Positions 28,521 to 50,176 of a DNA stretch of 64,000 bases are shown here, piece after piece. This DNA is from the human T2T-CHM13v2.0 reference genome, Homo sapiens. Positions within the stretch are counted from its first letter, which is position 1. Every line of letters begins with the position of its first letter. A model generated the notes under the pieces. The model was not told where the DNA came from and made no database searches. It was given only the letters and a program-made list of their open reading frames with translations. The DNA is taken from the NCBI RefSeq assembly GCF_009914755.1, contig NC_060937.1; one strand, given 5' to 3'. Position numbers and translations under genes: made by a program.

Positions 28521-28799
28521 TTTGGGAATAATTGCTAATAAATATAAAAATATACTTATTAATGACTATGTAAAGAAGCTGCAACATATGGAAATATTTG
28601 CAGATTAAATGCTGTAATTAGAGTTGTTATTTTTTTTCTTATAATTATTTACATTCATATCTCAAATCAGTCTTTACTGGATTATTAGCTAGCTTTCTAG
28701 AGAACTGAAGATGTATGCATTCCTTAGTAATCTGCCATTATGAAGCCATGTTCTGCCAAGAAGGAGGATATATACATTCCTCACACTTACAGTCCATTA

Positions 28800-28960
28800 G
28801 GCTTCCTCCACTGGGAAAGAGGGAAGGCTGAAAGGAGGGCATTAATGCCCTTGGGAGAAAGGAGTCCTCATGGCCTAATTAACCTCTTGAAGTCCCACCA
28901 TATAATGCTTTCACATTGGTAGCACCTATATTTTGAAGGTGACACATTAAAGCCATAGCA
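28800..28960 (-). mobile_element. MSTC/MSTD MaLR LTR fragment
   Basis: 'cctcatggcctaattaacctcttgaagtcccacc...gacacattaaagccatagca' matches the MST terminus. Confidence 0.7.
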
Positions 28961-29087
28961 CCTGAGTAGTAGTGAATAATTTTAACTATTGATTTTTTTG
29001 GTCTAGAAACTATGATTAGTGAAATTTAGAAAAAAAAACCCTATCAGAAATATCTTAATATACATTTTCTTAGGCTATTTTTAAATA

Positions 29088-29953
<866 letters not shown>

Positions 29954-30349
29954 TATATATTTTAATAATTTCATAGAAATACAAGTGAATGTGATTCTAT
30001 CTCACTGTAATTTTTTTCTAGAATCAGATATGATAGATAAAATATTGTTGCTTCCCTACTTTCCTTTCTTCTTTGTTTCTTTTATCCATAGGGTGTTGAC
30101 AATTGTTTTTCCTTTCTGTGTCTACATATTCCCTACAAAGTTCATGTATAGAAGACATCTATGGACACGTTATTTTTAAACCTCACCCTTAATGATTACA
30201 AACCTTAATTTTCTCATAGAAGTATTTAATCTTTGCTTATCTCATCATTATTCAGCTTTAAGTTAGGTTTTAGTTGATTATGACATGAAAGAAAAATGGA
30301 ATTTGCTTTCATCCATCCATTCAGTCCTTACTACTTTTGAGCTGAAGTA

Positions 30350-30960
30350 ACTGTTCACATCTGTTGCACATTTTTAATGTGTGCTTGCTTATTATTTATT
30401 TGTAAGAGTTCTTTTTACATAAACTGGTATCAATCATTTATTAGGCATATATTTTTCTAACATTTTTCTCCTAGCCTGTAGATTATTTATATTTTCTTAA
30501 TGTCTTCTGAATAACCAAAGTTTTAATTTTGATGAGGTCTCATTTATAAATTGTAAAAAGTATTTGCATTTGTTGTTCTGTAAGAAATTTTCTCCTGGCT
30601 GAAGGTGGTTGGAATGATAGCCTTCTATTTTTTTCTTCTAGAAGTTTCATAAATGTAGATTTTACATTTAAATTTGTGACTTATTTATTTTTTAATATGT
30701 TGTGAGAAATGTGTGAAGGTTTGGGGTGTTTTGCATGAGAAAATCCAATTATTTTAGGCAAAATTTGTTGAAATGTCCATTATTTTCCACTAAATTGGCT
30801 TATTGATTTTGTCAACATTCAAATAGCCTTATATGTATGAGTCTATTTTTAGAGTTTCAATGATCTATATATCTTTCCTTTTGACCATGCAATGCTGTTG
30901 AATGATGCTAATAGCAAATTTTGAAATCTGGTACTATAGTCATGGCAGTTTTCATTTTTA
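30350..30960 (-). mobile_element. Ancient L1M (L1ME-like) ORF2 3' fragment
   Basis: T-rich antisense L1 motifs 'aaagttttaattttgatgaggtc', 'ttcttctagaagtttcata', 'tttgtcaacattcaaatag'. Confidence 0.65.
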
Positions 30961-31542
30961 ATATTAATTTTGCTTTGACTTTCCTATAAGCTTGTCAATT
31001 AAATTACTTCAGTTTGATATGCCTTCATTGTATTATATATTTTAATTTCTCTGCCAGTTCTACTTAGCTAGAGTTTGTGTTTTCTGATACAGTGAGATAA
31101 TTTGAATATTAATGATCATTAAAAATATTTTCAAAAATTAGTTTTAATTTCAAACAAAGATAAAGAACTATGTGACAAGATTTATTTTAGGTTGTATGTG
31201 TATTATATTAAATATTTTTAAAAAGTTATCCAGGCAGAGATAGCCTCATAAAGACAATAATGAAATATTTTCATGTTTCTTGAAATTCTTCTCAATCTAA
31301 TGATTTTTAAAGTATGTTTGCATGATCTTCAAATGATATTTGTTTATATCGTCTTTACTAAAGACAGAACTCTATAACAAATGCTCTAGAACATGTTGAA
31401 AACACATAGTTCTTTGCATATAAGGCTTTGAATAAAAGCTTTTGTCTTTAAACAATTATATTATTTTAATCATTACCTTATTTCTTAATTATCATGGCTT
31501 ACCAAAAAAGTCATCGTGATCACATAATCTATAAATATATTA

Positions 31543-32045
31543 CTGGTTAACCATCTCTACTCTAAAAATCTGAAATCTGAAATACTTCAAAATCCAAAAC
31601 GTTTTGAACATTCACAAGACACCACAAGTAGAAAATTCCGTACCTGATCATGTTATGAGTTGTGGTTTAAACACAGTTAAAATTTGGTTTCATGCACAAA
31701 ATTATCAATAATAATGCAAAGATTTCCCTTCAAGTATGTCAATAAGGTATATATGGACATAAATAAATTTTGTGTTTAGACTTGGGTCCTATCCCCAAGA
31801 GAGCTGATTATATATATGCAAATATTTTTTAAAAATCAGGAATCTAGGTCTGGGTCCAGTGGCTTGTGCCTGTAAGCTCAGAGCTTTGGGAGGCTCAGGC
31901 AGGAGGATCACTTGAAGTTGAGGGTTCAAGACCAGCATGGGCAATGTATTGAGACTGTCTCTAAAAAATAAATATAAACAATAAAAAAATCCAGAATCCA
32001 AAACACTTCTGGTCACAGCATTTTGAACAAGAGATATTCAACGTG
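31543..32045 (+). mobile_element. Tigger4b/MER46 (Zombi) DNA transposon split by a FLAM
   Basis: 'aaaatctgaaatctgaaat', 'tgtgtttagacttgggtcctatccccaaga', 'aaacacttctggtcacagcatttt...gatattcaac'. Confidence 0.82.
31847..31987 (+). mobile_element. FLAM (free left Alu monomer)
   Basis: Single ~120-nt monomer plus A tail; TSD-like aaaaatcaggaatcta / aaaaatccagaatcca. Confidence 0.85.
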
Positions 32046-35000
32046 TTTGTATCTATATGTATATCTGTTTGTATGTGCGCGTGCGTGTGTGTATGACATA
32101 AAGAATGACCTTAACTTGAGTATCACCAATGTCTATGCTTGTAGTCTTTCTTCCCTTTAAAGCACATGATGAAAAAATATAATTGTGTGCATATAATTAT
32201 AATGCCATAGCTTCAATGGGAACTAAGAACATAAGATGAAAATTAGATTTAAGATCTGGAAGAAATAAAAATTAATAGTTTTAGTTTATTATGAGTGTCA
32301 ATATTTGAAATTGTAATTAAGTATTTTCCCAACTATTCTTCAGTTGATTAAGATTTTATACAAGTGAAACAGAACATAAGGCATAAACATGACTTGAAGT
32401 TAGTTGTTTGAAATTAACTCCAAAGGGAATATAGATTTAAGAACAAAACTTTACATTTGGCAAGATCAGAAGAGAGAGGATCAGTAGGAGTTGTATGTCA
32501 GATTGGTCACTTGAGATTTGAGTATACCATTAGCAAAACTGCTGAAAGCTCACCTTGCTGAAAAAATAAATTATTTTCAGAACTACCAGCCTTGTTAAAA
32601 GCAACATTTGGAACTGACTAATCCCTGGGGTAGGAGTGCTGCTTTATAGTTTAGAAGATGCTTTTCCATCAAAGAATAATTATACCAATTTGCTCAACTT
32701 CTCCTTTAATAAGAAAAGAAGGAAATAAAATAAATAAGAAAAAAATTTAAAAATCTTGAAGAAAGATCGAATTAAGTGCTTGAATTTGAAATCAAGTGCC
32801 ATTTTATCTGTGATACATGACTGCTATTTTGCATAAATTGTGACACTTAAACATTTGTTCTTGTATTAAAAATACTTTGAATTTCATGATACTTCTCCTC
32901 ACAATTGTACTAACACAATCATCAGTTCTAAACATGACAGAATATTGCTCATGTGGCCAAAAGAAAATGTATATTAATTGTAACGATTTTCAACATTTCT
33001 GTATCTTTTTTGGTCCAAATTTATTTTTAGAACTTTAAGTCCCATGTGCAACATTATGGGTATTACTACTTCCTATCTTAACTGAAAGTTCCCATTCAGT
33101 TGCCTGAGCTTCTCATGTCTCACCAGGATCAAATATACCTAAGGAGGAACCTCTCAATTCAGATGCCACATCTTATATGTGGGGAGATGAGTACAACCAG
33201 GCGATGATATTAATATTTGTTATGAATATTACTGATTATAAAAATACTCACTAATTGATTTTATTTTTTGTTGTTTTAGACAATGTACAAGCACCTTCTC
33301 TGTTAAAAGAGTATTAGATTAAAAGTGAAACCTACAGCCCAGGCCCATAAGGCCCATTTCATTCTTCTCTATGAGTTTAATAATTTTCCATTCCTTCAAG
33401 ATGGAGTAAAGTACAACAGACTCATATTTCCTCCTATGGTTATACACTGCAGCATTTTCACTTAACATTTTGCCACATCATTTGTAATAAAATTTTATTT
33501 TTGTTCAACAGTAAAAATGTCACCATGTTTTTTTTTTTTCTTAAATATAAAGAGTCATGTTTTAAGTGAGATATGCTGGTAACTAATTCCTCACTAAAAG
33601 CTTTGTCATAATTTGATCTTTTCATTTCTTAGATATTCCTCATTGTCTAGGTTACTTCTGAATACATGCACACACACTTGTGTGTGTGTATGCACAAGTG
33701 AATGAATGTATATATGTACATATATATCTCAAGATAATTTCTACTTCATAGTCATCCTTCCCAATTGGATATAATAGGATAAGTTAGTTAAGGTCATTTA
33801 CCAATCATTTATAAGATTAGAAATAATTTCAAACTTAGAAATCCCATCTGGCCTAACACCATTTGATCAGACATAAACCAACTACTTCCCTTATTCCATT
33901 CCATACATCCCGGTCAACCGTGAACCATCAATAACTTCTTTTTGAGTACCACATTTTGATGACTTTTACATCAAGCCAACAATAGCATGACCTAAACCAT
34001 ATTTTGCTGGCTTGTAGATGAGTATGCCATGTGGGACAGAGTTAAAAGACTTCCTGGGGTCAAGCTCGATTACACTTACTGTAGATTGAAAGAATCAAGG
34101 CCATTATTCTGTCATAGTAGAAAATACATTTGGTTTGACAATGATTTGTTTTCAAGTCATGCTATTTATAACTGAGCACTTTGTGATCTTCAGAGGGTTT
34201 GAAAATTGGCCCTTGAATGATAACCTACAGAACCTTTCCCCATTAACGTTACAGTAGCTAGTCTATAGTATACAACACTATTTTTTTCCTTTGAAAGGTA
34301 GTTTATTTTTGTTGTTAAAACTTGTGAAGATGGTAGTCAAAATGTGAATTTACATTGGTGACTAAGTGTACAAGTATGTTTTTTATAATAAAATGAGTAC
34401 ATATCAATTTCTAATATGGTAAGATAAATAAATATTTTTACTTATATTAGTTCTTACATTTTAATAAAGTAAAATAAAGTCATTTTTTCTACTTTTAAAA
34501 TTGTCCACAAAACTATTAATTAAACAGTTTGTGTGATATAATTTGTCAGCTTTCAAGGTGATGCAAGTATTAAATCATATACTTCTGTAAACTATGAGCT
34601 GATTATTTTATAATCGCCAGCAGAACACGAGATCCTAATTTTTAAATCTGTCCTTGCAGTTTGAAGGTTACCTACAAACTTGATTAGAACTGTCAGGCCT
34701 CATGGCATCTATTATATATTGTTCCTGTTAAGGTTGCTTATGAAACTATTAGCCTTTTCCTTTGACATTTGCGGTTCTGCATGAATAAGTATGTTTATAA
34801 TACAGTAAACTTGTATTGCTCTTAAGGTAGTTTAAGTAGAGCTCAGTTTAAATAAATTGCTAACAAGTTGTCTATATTGAATTGTTTTTTATTATAATTA
34901 TAATTCATTGTTCCATTAATAGTCTTATTCTCTTGTCTTATTATTAATTTACAGTAACTAATGTAGACATTTGAAAATTTATATCTAACCGTTAGAATAA

Positions 35001-35596
35001 TAATAATTAATTCAAAAGTGTTAAATGGCCATTATAGGGCATAAGTAAAATGGATATATTTAAAATATATTTCAAAATGAAATAAGTTTTACCCCTGTCG
35101 GAAGGTTGATTTAAGATTCCAAAATCATCACTTTTAAACCATTTCAATAAGCCATACTTTATGCCTTAAATAAGAACTAATCTATTTTTCTTTCATATTC
35201 CAATAGCAATATGTACTGATGTAGCACATATCAAATGTCTGTTATATACATAATTAGGTAGAAATTTGCTTGATTGACTGTGAAGGCAGAATATTAGTTA
35301 AATGTTTATCTTCTCAGTTCCTAGCACAGTGTTTTTATTTATATTAGTTCTTAAATTTTAATTAAAGTGAATTAGAAGTAATTTTTTCTTCTTTTAAACT
35401 TTTTGGCAAAACTATAAGACACATTAAAAATATAATTTAGTTAATTATTGGAAATAATTTTTAAAACTGCAGTAAATTATATATTTAAGATACATATTTA
35501 TGCTTCCATGAGTGTAGAATCTAAAATCAAGAATTAAAGGAATACATTGATTGAGGCTTATTTTTAGATCAGAAATTTTCTTTAGTGAAATATATG

Positions 35597-35817
35597 TAGT
35601 CGTCCCTTGGTATTGGCAGGGGATTGGTTCTAGGAAACCCTCAGATATCAAAATACATGTATGCTCAGGTTCTTGTGGAACCCACTAATGGGAAAAATTG
35701 GTTCTCTTTATACACCTGTTTCGCATTCCACAAATACTATATTTTCACTTGTGTACACCTATAAATGGAACTGTGCAGTTCAAATCTATGTTTTTTAAAA
35801 GTCAATTGAATCAACTG
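35597..35817 (+). mobile_element. MER8 (TcMar-Tigger)
   Basis: 'agtcgtcccttggtat...ggattggttctagga' start and 'gtgcagttcaaatctatgtt...tcaactg' end followed by TA. Confidence 0.8.
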
Positions 35818-37248
35818 TAATAAAAGAACAATATGTGGCTAATTTCATACAAAAGAGACTCAAAAATTAGTAGGCCGTGTCCATGTAAATACGGACTGAT
35901 TCTCTTTAAATTGTTTTAATCCCCTCTGAATGCTAAACAAGATATAGATTTTGAAAAATAAACGCAGACCACATATTTTTAAGATCATTAAAATAAAAGT
36001 ATAAAAGGAAAGAGTTAAAATGGGAGGATCGGACCTTCCAGGATATGATTACCAATGTAAATTAGATATATTCAAGTGATTTTTTTTCCAAGTCCCCAGT
36101 GCTACTTGTTTTCTTTGTTTCCTACCACTGAGATGAGCATTGTACTGAGATGGAAAGAAAATAAATTTGAATGGTAATTTTCAGATGAAAACATTCAATC
36201 CCGTAATGGATCATTAGCTTTATTTCAGTTACAGAATGCCAATATTGTTCTCTCTTACAAGGAACCCAGAATTCTGAGCTTGTTATGTATGTTTCTAAAG
36301 ACAATTGATAAATTACTATGCTTTTTTAATTTTTGGTAGCTGACCAAACAATATGTGTGTAGTAGCCATTCTTTCTAAGATATGGGGATTTAGTGTGCAC
36401 TATTTGATAATTTTGTACTCAGCCCATGTTAGCAAAATGACTAAAAGGTGCTACTCAAATATAAAGTTCTGTTTGTTTTATTGCAGGGAGTTTAATATCA
36501 TTTATTGGTGTCATATTTCAGTAATATTTGGTGCTAATAATTAAAGGTTTAGTTATATAAAGTTAGGACAATGGCAGAAAAGTATAAATTAACATATAAC
36601 AGGGGTACAAAACCTATGGTAGGAGCAGAAGGTAGAGCAAAACCCCCTGGAATTGGCATCAATTCAGTTTAGAGGGAAGAAAACTTCCCAAAGAGTCACT
36701 TTCACCCTCTAGTAACTCTGTATAATTAGAAACAAGAGTTAAAATATCGATGGTTCAGGAAGAAACATTTCATTCAATGATCAGGCCAATAGATGAGTTC
36801 CAATAAATGGTAGTGAAAATGAGGTATTTTGCAAGTTGGGACAAAGAACAAAAGAAAAATAGTTTAGAAACTGAGCTCAGAGCAATATTTGGAGTTTGTG
36901 GTCAGTCAACTTTATCCTTGAATACTTGCTGTGCTCCCATGATTGGTAGCTTCAAAAGAGCCAAAATAGATCTTCCTTTTATGATAAAAGGAATTTATCA
37001 TAATTCCTAACCAATAGACCTCATCTGAATTGAGATAAGAACATATGTAAAAAGAGAAACTAAAATTTTCAGTAAAACAGGTAGAGAAAAATATATTCCA
37101 GGACAAATAGGGAGTCTGTAACTCTTTGACACTTTATTTTGACTCCTTTTACATAGTTTGTATATTGTTTTTCAAATTGAAAAAATACATACATTTATTT
37201 TAGTACACGCTAAGGCATTGGATAAATCTGCTCTTTTCTAAGACTTAC

Positions 37249-37416
37249 CGAACCAGCTCATCACTTTACCCTCAATTGGTGTTTTTTTTTGCATAGTGAC
37301 AGCACAAATGAACAGTTGTAAAATTAAGAATCCTTCCTGGTGAAGGTCAGGAGGAGGCCCTAGTGATTTGGACAAATTCTCTACTGGCTGCCCTATTCCG
37401 ATGTCATCCTTTCCTT
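37249..37416 (-). other. Candidate spliced exon (168 nt, one frame open)
   Basis: Minus strand ttgttttcag acceptor and TCG|GTAAGT donor in non-repeat DNA; no transcript evidence available. Confidence 0.35.
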
Positions 37417-37949
37417 CTGAAAACAATGATGTAAGATTTCCTTACTGTTCAATAAAACTACTATGGAGTAGATTGCTATTTAAAAAGAACAAAGTATTTT
37501 TTACTCATTTCTTTGTGTTGACACGTTATCAGTGACATCCACAAGCAGAAGGTGATGTCATATTATTTAAATTCCTATACTATGTGGTGTAGTTATTAAG
37601 GGAAAAGGAATTATTGCCTACGTTGCCCAAAGCTCATTAGCTACCTGATGTTCAGCGTATGTAAGTCTCAAAGGATAGCTTAGGAAATCTCAAAGCCTGA
37701 GATCATTTCAGCGTGGCAGATTCTTCAGGTTGAATGTGTCTATTTTTAAATTAAAAAAAAAAGATAAAAATAAAGCTGAAGACGTGAGTGTAAAATTTTA
37801 TTTTGTTTAAAATGTGTATTTATTACCAGTTGAAATCTGAATAATTAATATGTAAATCTAGAGATGTCAACTTGTAAAACTAATTCACCATCTACTAGGA
37901 AGGCCAAGCAGCTTGGCATTACCTAGGCTATCTTACAATGGCCCAGTAT

Positions 37950-44289
<6,340 letters not shown>

Positions 44290-44290
<1 letters not shown>

Positions 44291-44450
44291 TATTGTAAGT
44301 AATCTAGAGTTGATTTAAAGTATATGGGAAGATATGCATAGCTTATAGGCAGATATTACACCATTTCATATAAAGGACTTCAAAATAAGCAGATTTGGGT
44401 ATTTGTGGGATGTCTTGGAACTAATCCAATGATGCTGAGGAGTGAATGTA
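44290..44450. mobile_element. Half MER2/Tigger3 element
   Basis: 'tattgtaagtaatctagagttgatttaaagtatatgggaagatatgc...tggaactaatcc' homologous to the distal half of the 787-1085 element. Confidence 0.75.
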
Positions 44451-44544
44451 ACTATAAATGAGAAGTTCTGTAAGGATACGACTGGGGTCCAATGAACATC
44501 AGGAATAGAAACAATCTTCTTTGACCATGTGTTTAAATATTTTC

Positions 44545-44895
44545 TCTATGAAGCAAGGATATTTAAGCTGAAACTGAAGGTCCAGGATAAAGCCAGTTTC
44601 CCAGTAGTGAAAAGAAGAGTGGGGTCCTAGGAAAATAAGCATGTATTAAGCACCTGAGTTAGTCAGGGGCTTGGAGTTTTTGAAAATGTGAATAAATGTT
44701 CAATCTGCCTACATTGGGTTTAAGAAGGACAAGGAAAAAGACATAAGAGAAAGGGAGAGAGGAGAGTGAGTTTTAATCAGGAAAGTCTCTTGATCTGATT
44801 TATATTATAAAAATATGACTGTGGCTGCAGTATAGAAATTGGATAAGGGGGAGGCAAGACTGGGAGTGACATACTCATTAGATTATCTGCAAAGG
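44545..44895 (-). mobile_element. L2 fragment
   Basis: 'atttaagctgaaactgaagg', 'gagttttaatcagg...tgatctgattta...gtggctgcagtatagaaattgga'. Confidence 0.6.
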
Positions 44896-45204
44896 GCATA
44901 TATAAAACCTCCTACATAGCTATCAAAAAATGGTAGCTTAAAAAGTATTATATGTGTAATTAGAAATTCAGCATCACTATAACTTAGCTAATAGGCTTAT
45001 AGGTCTTTGACCAAAAGGTCATATTATCTATTATCTTGTCACCTGCTACTAGAATCTTGAGCCCCTATAGAAAACTTCATAAAACTCTGATATTGGCTGT
45101 ATTAAAATTTACTGTAATTCACATTTAGTTTTTTTCAATTTCCTGTCCCAATTTATTTATTCATGCCTAGAAAATTCCTTATCTCATTCTTCATAGGCAT
45201 TCTT

Positions 45205-45380
45205 TTTACAGTTAGTTTGATTGAATCTTTCTACGATGTATTTGTAGATCTAAACAACACATTGTATCTCATAAAGATATACAAATATTTGTCAATTGCA
45301 AATAAATTAATATAAATAAATTATACCCCATAAAGATATACAAATATTTGTCAATTGCAAATAAATTAATATAAATAAAT
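45205..45380 (+). mobile_element. L1MA extreme 3' end with a tandemly duplicated tail
   Basis: 'aaacaacacattgtatctcataaagatatacaaatatttgtcaatt' matches the L1MA 3' terminus; 59-bp-period duplication. Confidence 0.65.
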
Positions 45381-45607
45381 AAATTGGTACTATGTTTTAA
45401 AATAAACTTATTCTTTCTTCTTTCTTTCATAGATTATTTTCTTATTTCTTCCTAAGTATAAAGTATATCATTTTTTCTGGGAACTAGTATCTCTTCTTAA
45501 TCTACAATTTTTTCTGTTAGGCTAAACCGTACAAAAGTGCCATTCTTGAAGGACAGGAAGAGTTGAATATCAATTTCATTTGGCTCAACTTAATATATTT
45601 AATGTAG

Positions 45608-45895
<288 letters not shown>

Positions 45896-46371
45896 TAGTC
45901 TTTTTTTTTAAAGACTTTTTTTTTTTTTTAAGAGCAGTTATAGGTTTGTTTATTGAATGACTATTTTTGTGTTTTAGCAGTAATTGTAGTGTTTCCTCTC
46001 CTTCTCTTTCTATTCTCTCTTTTTTTGGGGGTAATTTTAGCTCAAATAAAGAGGAGGATCTTCCTATATTAAATAATTTTTCCACTGAAACAAGACAACA
46101 TGTCACTCATGGTGTATTATTCTGTTTAAGATAATGACTTTTATATTTCCCTTCTCCCTTTTGCTACTGAAGTTTTAGAAAATGTAGCCTATATTTTGCC
46201 CCAATTCCTCTATTTCTTGCAAACAAATTGTTTTTTGCCATTTTGCTTTCATAAATTTTATTAGTAATAGCCTATATTGCAAAATACAAACATATCACAT
46301 TAGTTCTACTTTATTTTAATATTATGCTGAGACCTGTTTTTTTAGGGGATGGGAAAGGGAAGTTTCCAATG

Positions 46372-46565
46372 CAGACTGTCTGGGTTTGAATTCAAACAAT
46401 AAAGTATTGTTATTAAAAGTTATTACAATTAAATAGATTGCAAGTTATTTAGGTTGTGGTATCCTCCTTTGCAAATTTGGGTTTATAACAGTAAACATTT
46501 CATTGAGTTTTGAAGATTAAATAATTTAATAAATTTAAATACTCCAGAGCAATGTTTGCTACTTC
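46372..46565 (+). mobile_element. MIR
   Basis: 'cagactgtctgggtttgaattc', 'gcaagttattta', 'tgaagattaaataa'. Confidence 0.6.
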
Positions 46566-46759
46566 CTCAATTATACCAAGGTGTATTGTAATTTCTCAAT
46601 AAGTGTTAAATATTTTCACTATTGATGACATATTTTTCCTTTTTGTGGCACTACTCCCTGTCAGCTCTCCATTTCAGAGGGGTTAATTTTCATAGGGACC
46701 ATAGTATCCTTGTCATTTGCAAGTGATTTGCCAGTCTGGAAAATGTTTTCATGTTTTTT

Positions 46760-46895
46760 CCTGTATAATAAAGCTTTTTGAAAGTAGAATCTTCATCTGT
46801 ATCTGTTGACCACTGTGTAAATTATATTCATTACTGTGCCTGACAAATGGTGAGTACCCAGTGAATATTATTAGATTCATAAATGAATGAATGAA
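46760..46895 (+). mobile_element. L2 3' end
   Basis: 'taaagctttttgaaagtaga...gtgcctgacaaatggtgagtacccagtgaata...aatgaatgaatgaa'. Confidence 0.7.
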
Positions 46896-49522
46896 CACCT
46901 TTCAAAATTTATAGTCCAGAAACCTATGGTGGACTCTCAAATAAAAACTTAGAAATGGTTTAAGAGGATAACATGACCATTAATTTACATTAAAAGACAT
47001 GTGAAACACAGATGGTAAGGATCTAATGTTTAACTACCTTCTTTCCTTTCCAGGTAATGGAAGTTCCCATGTTCAAAGTCTAAATTACCACATGGTTTTA
47101 TTTCCTCTTCTTTTATTATTTTTAAACATTTGGTTGCATAAAAACTATTTAAAAACACTTTACAGTTAATTTAGCACATACGCCATGCTAATTGTATGAT
47201 ACTTGGGATTTAACAAATGTATAAAATACATTCCTATTTTCAGAATATCCTAGTTTTTGCTATTTATTATGGGAGGTACTTTTGTCAAATTAAAACAATT
47301 ATAGTACCAACAGTAATAGTAACCAAACAAAATATTGTATTACCACTTGCTACTACCTACATATCAGGGGAGGTGATAATTAATGTCTGGTTTATTCACA
47401 GACTTACTCTCTCCCTCAGCTCATTTTGATCAGAGTAATGAATGAAGTAGAGACACAGGAAAGTGAGTAAGTCAAAACTAATTTACATAGGAAAGAAAGT
47501 TCAGGCACTGTATAAGAAAGGTATAATAGAAAATCCTGTATCCTGGAAGGTGCAGATTGGGGGCAATGAATAGAAGGTAGGTGGTTGGTGTAGAAAATGA
47601 AAAAAGGTAATGTAAATTTAGAGAGTTTGAGAAAGTTCTGAAATAGAGAACTGAGAGATTTAAGGCAGTCTCTGTAATACATAGGTATGAAATACACAGA
47701 TGTAGGAGGAATGGTGGAAGAAGAGAGATATTGACAAAAATGGGCTTAAAAATATTTTGTTTATCATGTAAATGGCATCCCCTTTTTGTGTTTCTGAGAG
47801 TCTTTGCTAAAGCTAAATGGTTTTGCAATTACATTATTGAACTGGGATATTTATAAATTTAATTCTATGCCAAGGTCAACTTCAAAGCAAGAGCAACGTG
47901 GACTTTGCTTATGTGTTATGTACTATTTATGGAAATAATAGTTTAAGAAACAAATAGTACCTGGCTCAAGAGTTACAACATTTGGAGTAGGATATATACA
48001 GACAGACTTGACAAAATAAATGCAATAAAAAATAAAACTCTTTAGAAATATTGTTAATTTCCTGCAATTAAAGATGATATTTTTCTTCTCTTACATATAA
48101 ATGAAGTGAAAGGTATCCAAGCTAAGTGACTACTTTAGCAATATTATATGAAAAGCATAAGGCAAAGGATCTGAAACTTGAGAAAACTTAAAAATAATAA
48201 CTAGATAAATATAAATTATTATTATTGCTTCCATAGGGGTTTAGATTTAAGCAGCTGATTTTTAAATTAAATGATTTCTTATTCATTATAACATTTTCAA
48301 TGATAAAATGGATTTGAATTTAGAATAGAATGGTAGTACTTTACAAATTATACTATTAATCATTGCATGCATTAGAGTAATATCATCTTCTAAATCTGTT
48401 AAAATAACTTTAAGTATCAAGAACATGATACACATTGTTCTCTTAGATCATTTTTTGTAGTCACCACCACCATTAATTTCCATCTCAAAATAATCAGGTG
48501 ATGGTTTTCTCTCCTTTTCAATTTTTTGATGGGATCACACACTGTCATCTTCCTTCTCATTATAAAACTACAATGGCAATCTTGAAATTTCCACTGATAA
48601 TTGCTAGTATATGGATAACTATCACTTTAAGTTTGCATAGAAACCATACTTTTCAAGCCTGTATCACAAAGTAACTCTAAATTCTGTACCCTCTGATTGA
48701 CAGTGGGTCTGTGTCTTTCACAGAGTTTTAGTACAAGAGGCAAAGCAAAAGAAAAAATCATTAGCAGTTGTTCACAGGCATACTCTGTGTTTGAATTTGG
48801 TAGTGAGCAAGAAGATAAGCTTATCTTATGGAGTATTTTTCTTAATGGTCCCCTAATGTCACTGGAAATAGCAAAGCAGCAGAGTGGGAAAAAAAAAATG
48901 TGCCTTCAAAACGAACTTAAGAGAGTCTGACTTTATCAGAGAAACTTCCTTTCTATCATTCAGCTATATTTTTCACTTTGAAATTGTTTTTCTTTTGCCT
49001 TTCCATGTACAAATTATTAGTATATGTGAGCAGTAAGGAAAGTATAGACTCAACCAAACACCAAAACTTTCATTGAAAGCCAACATAAATAAGAGTTGAA
49101 TATAACTTTCTGTCACAATCTCATTCTTTTTTTTGTTAAAGTTGTTCTGAGCTGTAGCCAAACCGGGCTAAATTGACCTTAATTATCTGCTCTCTATGAC
49201 TGCCAACTTCCTACCTTTTAACCTCCTACCTCCTATCTTGAATCAAAATTCTATTGCTGCTAGAAAGCCCAGCTCAATTCTGTCACCTTTTTCATAAAGA
49301 TTTTTCTCCATAGGTGAAATGCCATGGTACTTCAACTTTACAATTTACAAACTATAGTGATTATACTGCTCCCTAGGGACAAAAGTGAGACAAGGGAATA
49401 ATGTAAAAGGATGACACGTATTTTATATGCAAAAAAATTGTTTGGGTCTATTAAATAATATGGCACTAATGGGGAGTTTCTGGATCATTATGCGAACCAG
49501 ATTTTTTAAAATATTAAAGTAT

Positions 49523-49822
49523 GGCCAGGCATGGTGGCTCACGTCTGTGGTCCCAGCACTTTAGGAGGCCGAGGCAGGCAGATTGTCTGGGGTCAGTAGT
49601 TCAAGACCAGTCTGGCTGGCACAGTGAAACCCAGTCTCTACTAAAAATACAAAAAAAAAAAAAATTGGCTGGGTGTAGTGGCATACACCTGTGGTCCTGG
49701 CTACTTAGGAGGCTGAGGAAGGGGAATTGCTTGAATCAAGGAAGTGGAGGTTGCAGTGAGCTGAGATCACACCACTGCACTCCGGCCGAGGTGACATAGT
49801 AAGACTCCATCTCAAAAAAAAA
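49523..49822 (+). mobile_element. AluS (Sx/Sz-like)
   Basis: Full dimer; TSD attaaagtat (49513-49522, 49823-49832). Confidence 0.95.
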
Positions 49823-49848
49823 ATTAAAGTATTTGACATGTCTGTTAG

Positions 49849-50176
<328 letters not shown>

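Noticed and set aside
33664-33730. CA/TG and TA hairpin-like palindromes
   Set aside because: Expected by-product of short dinucleotide repeats.
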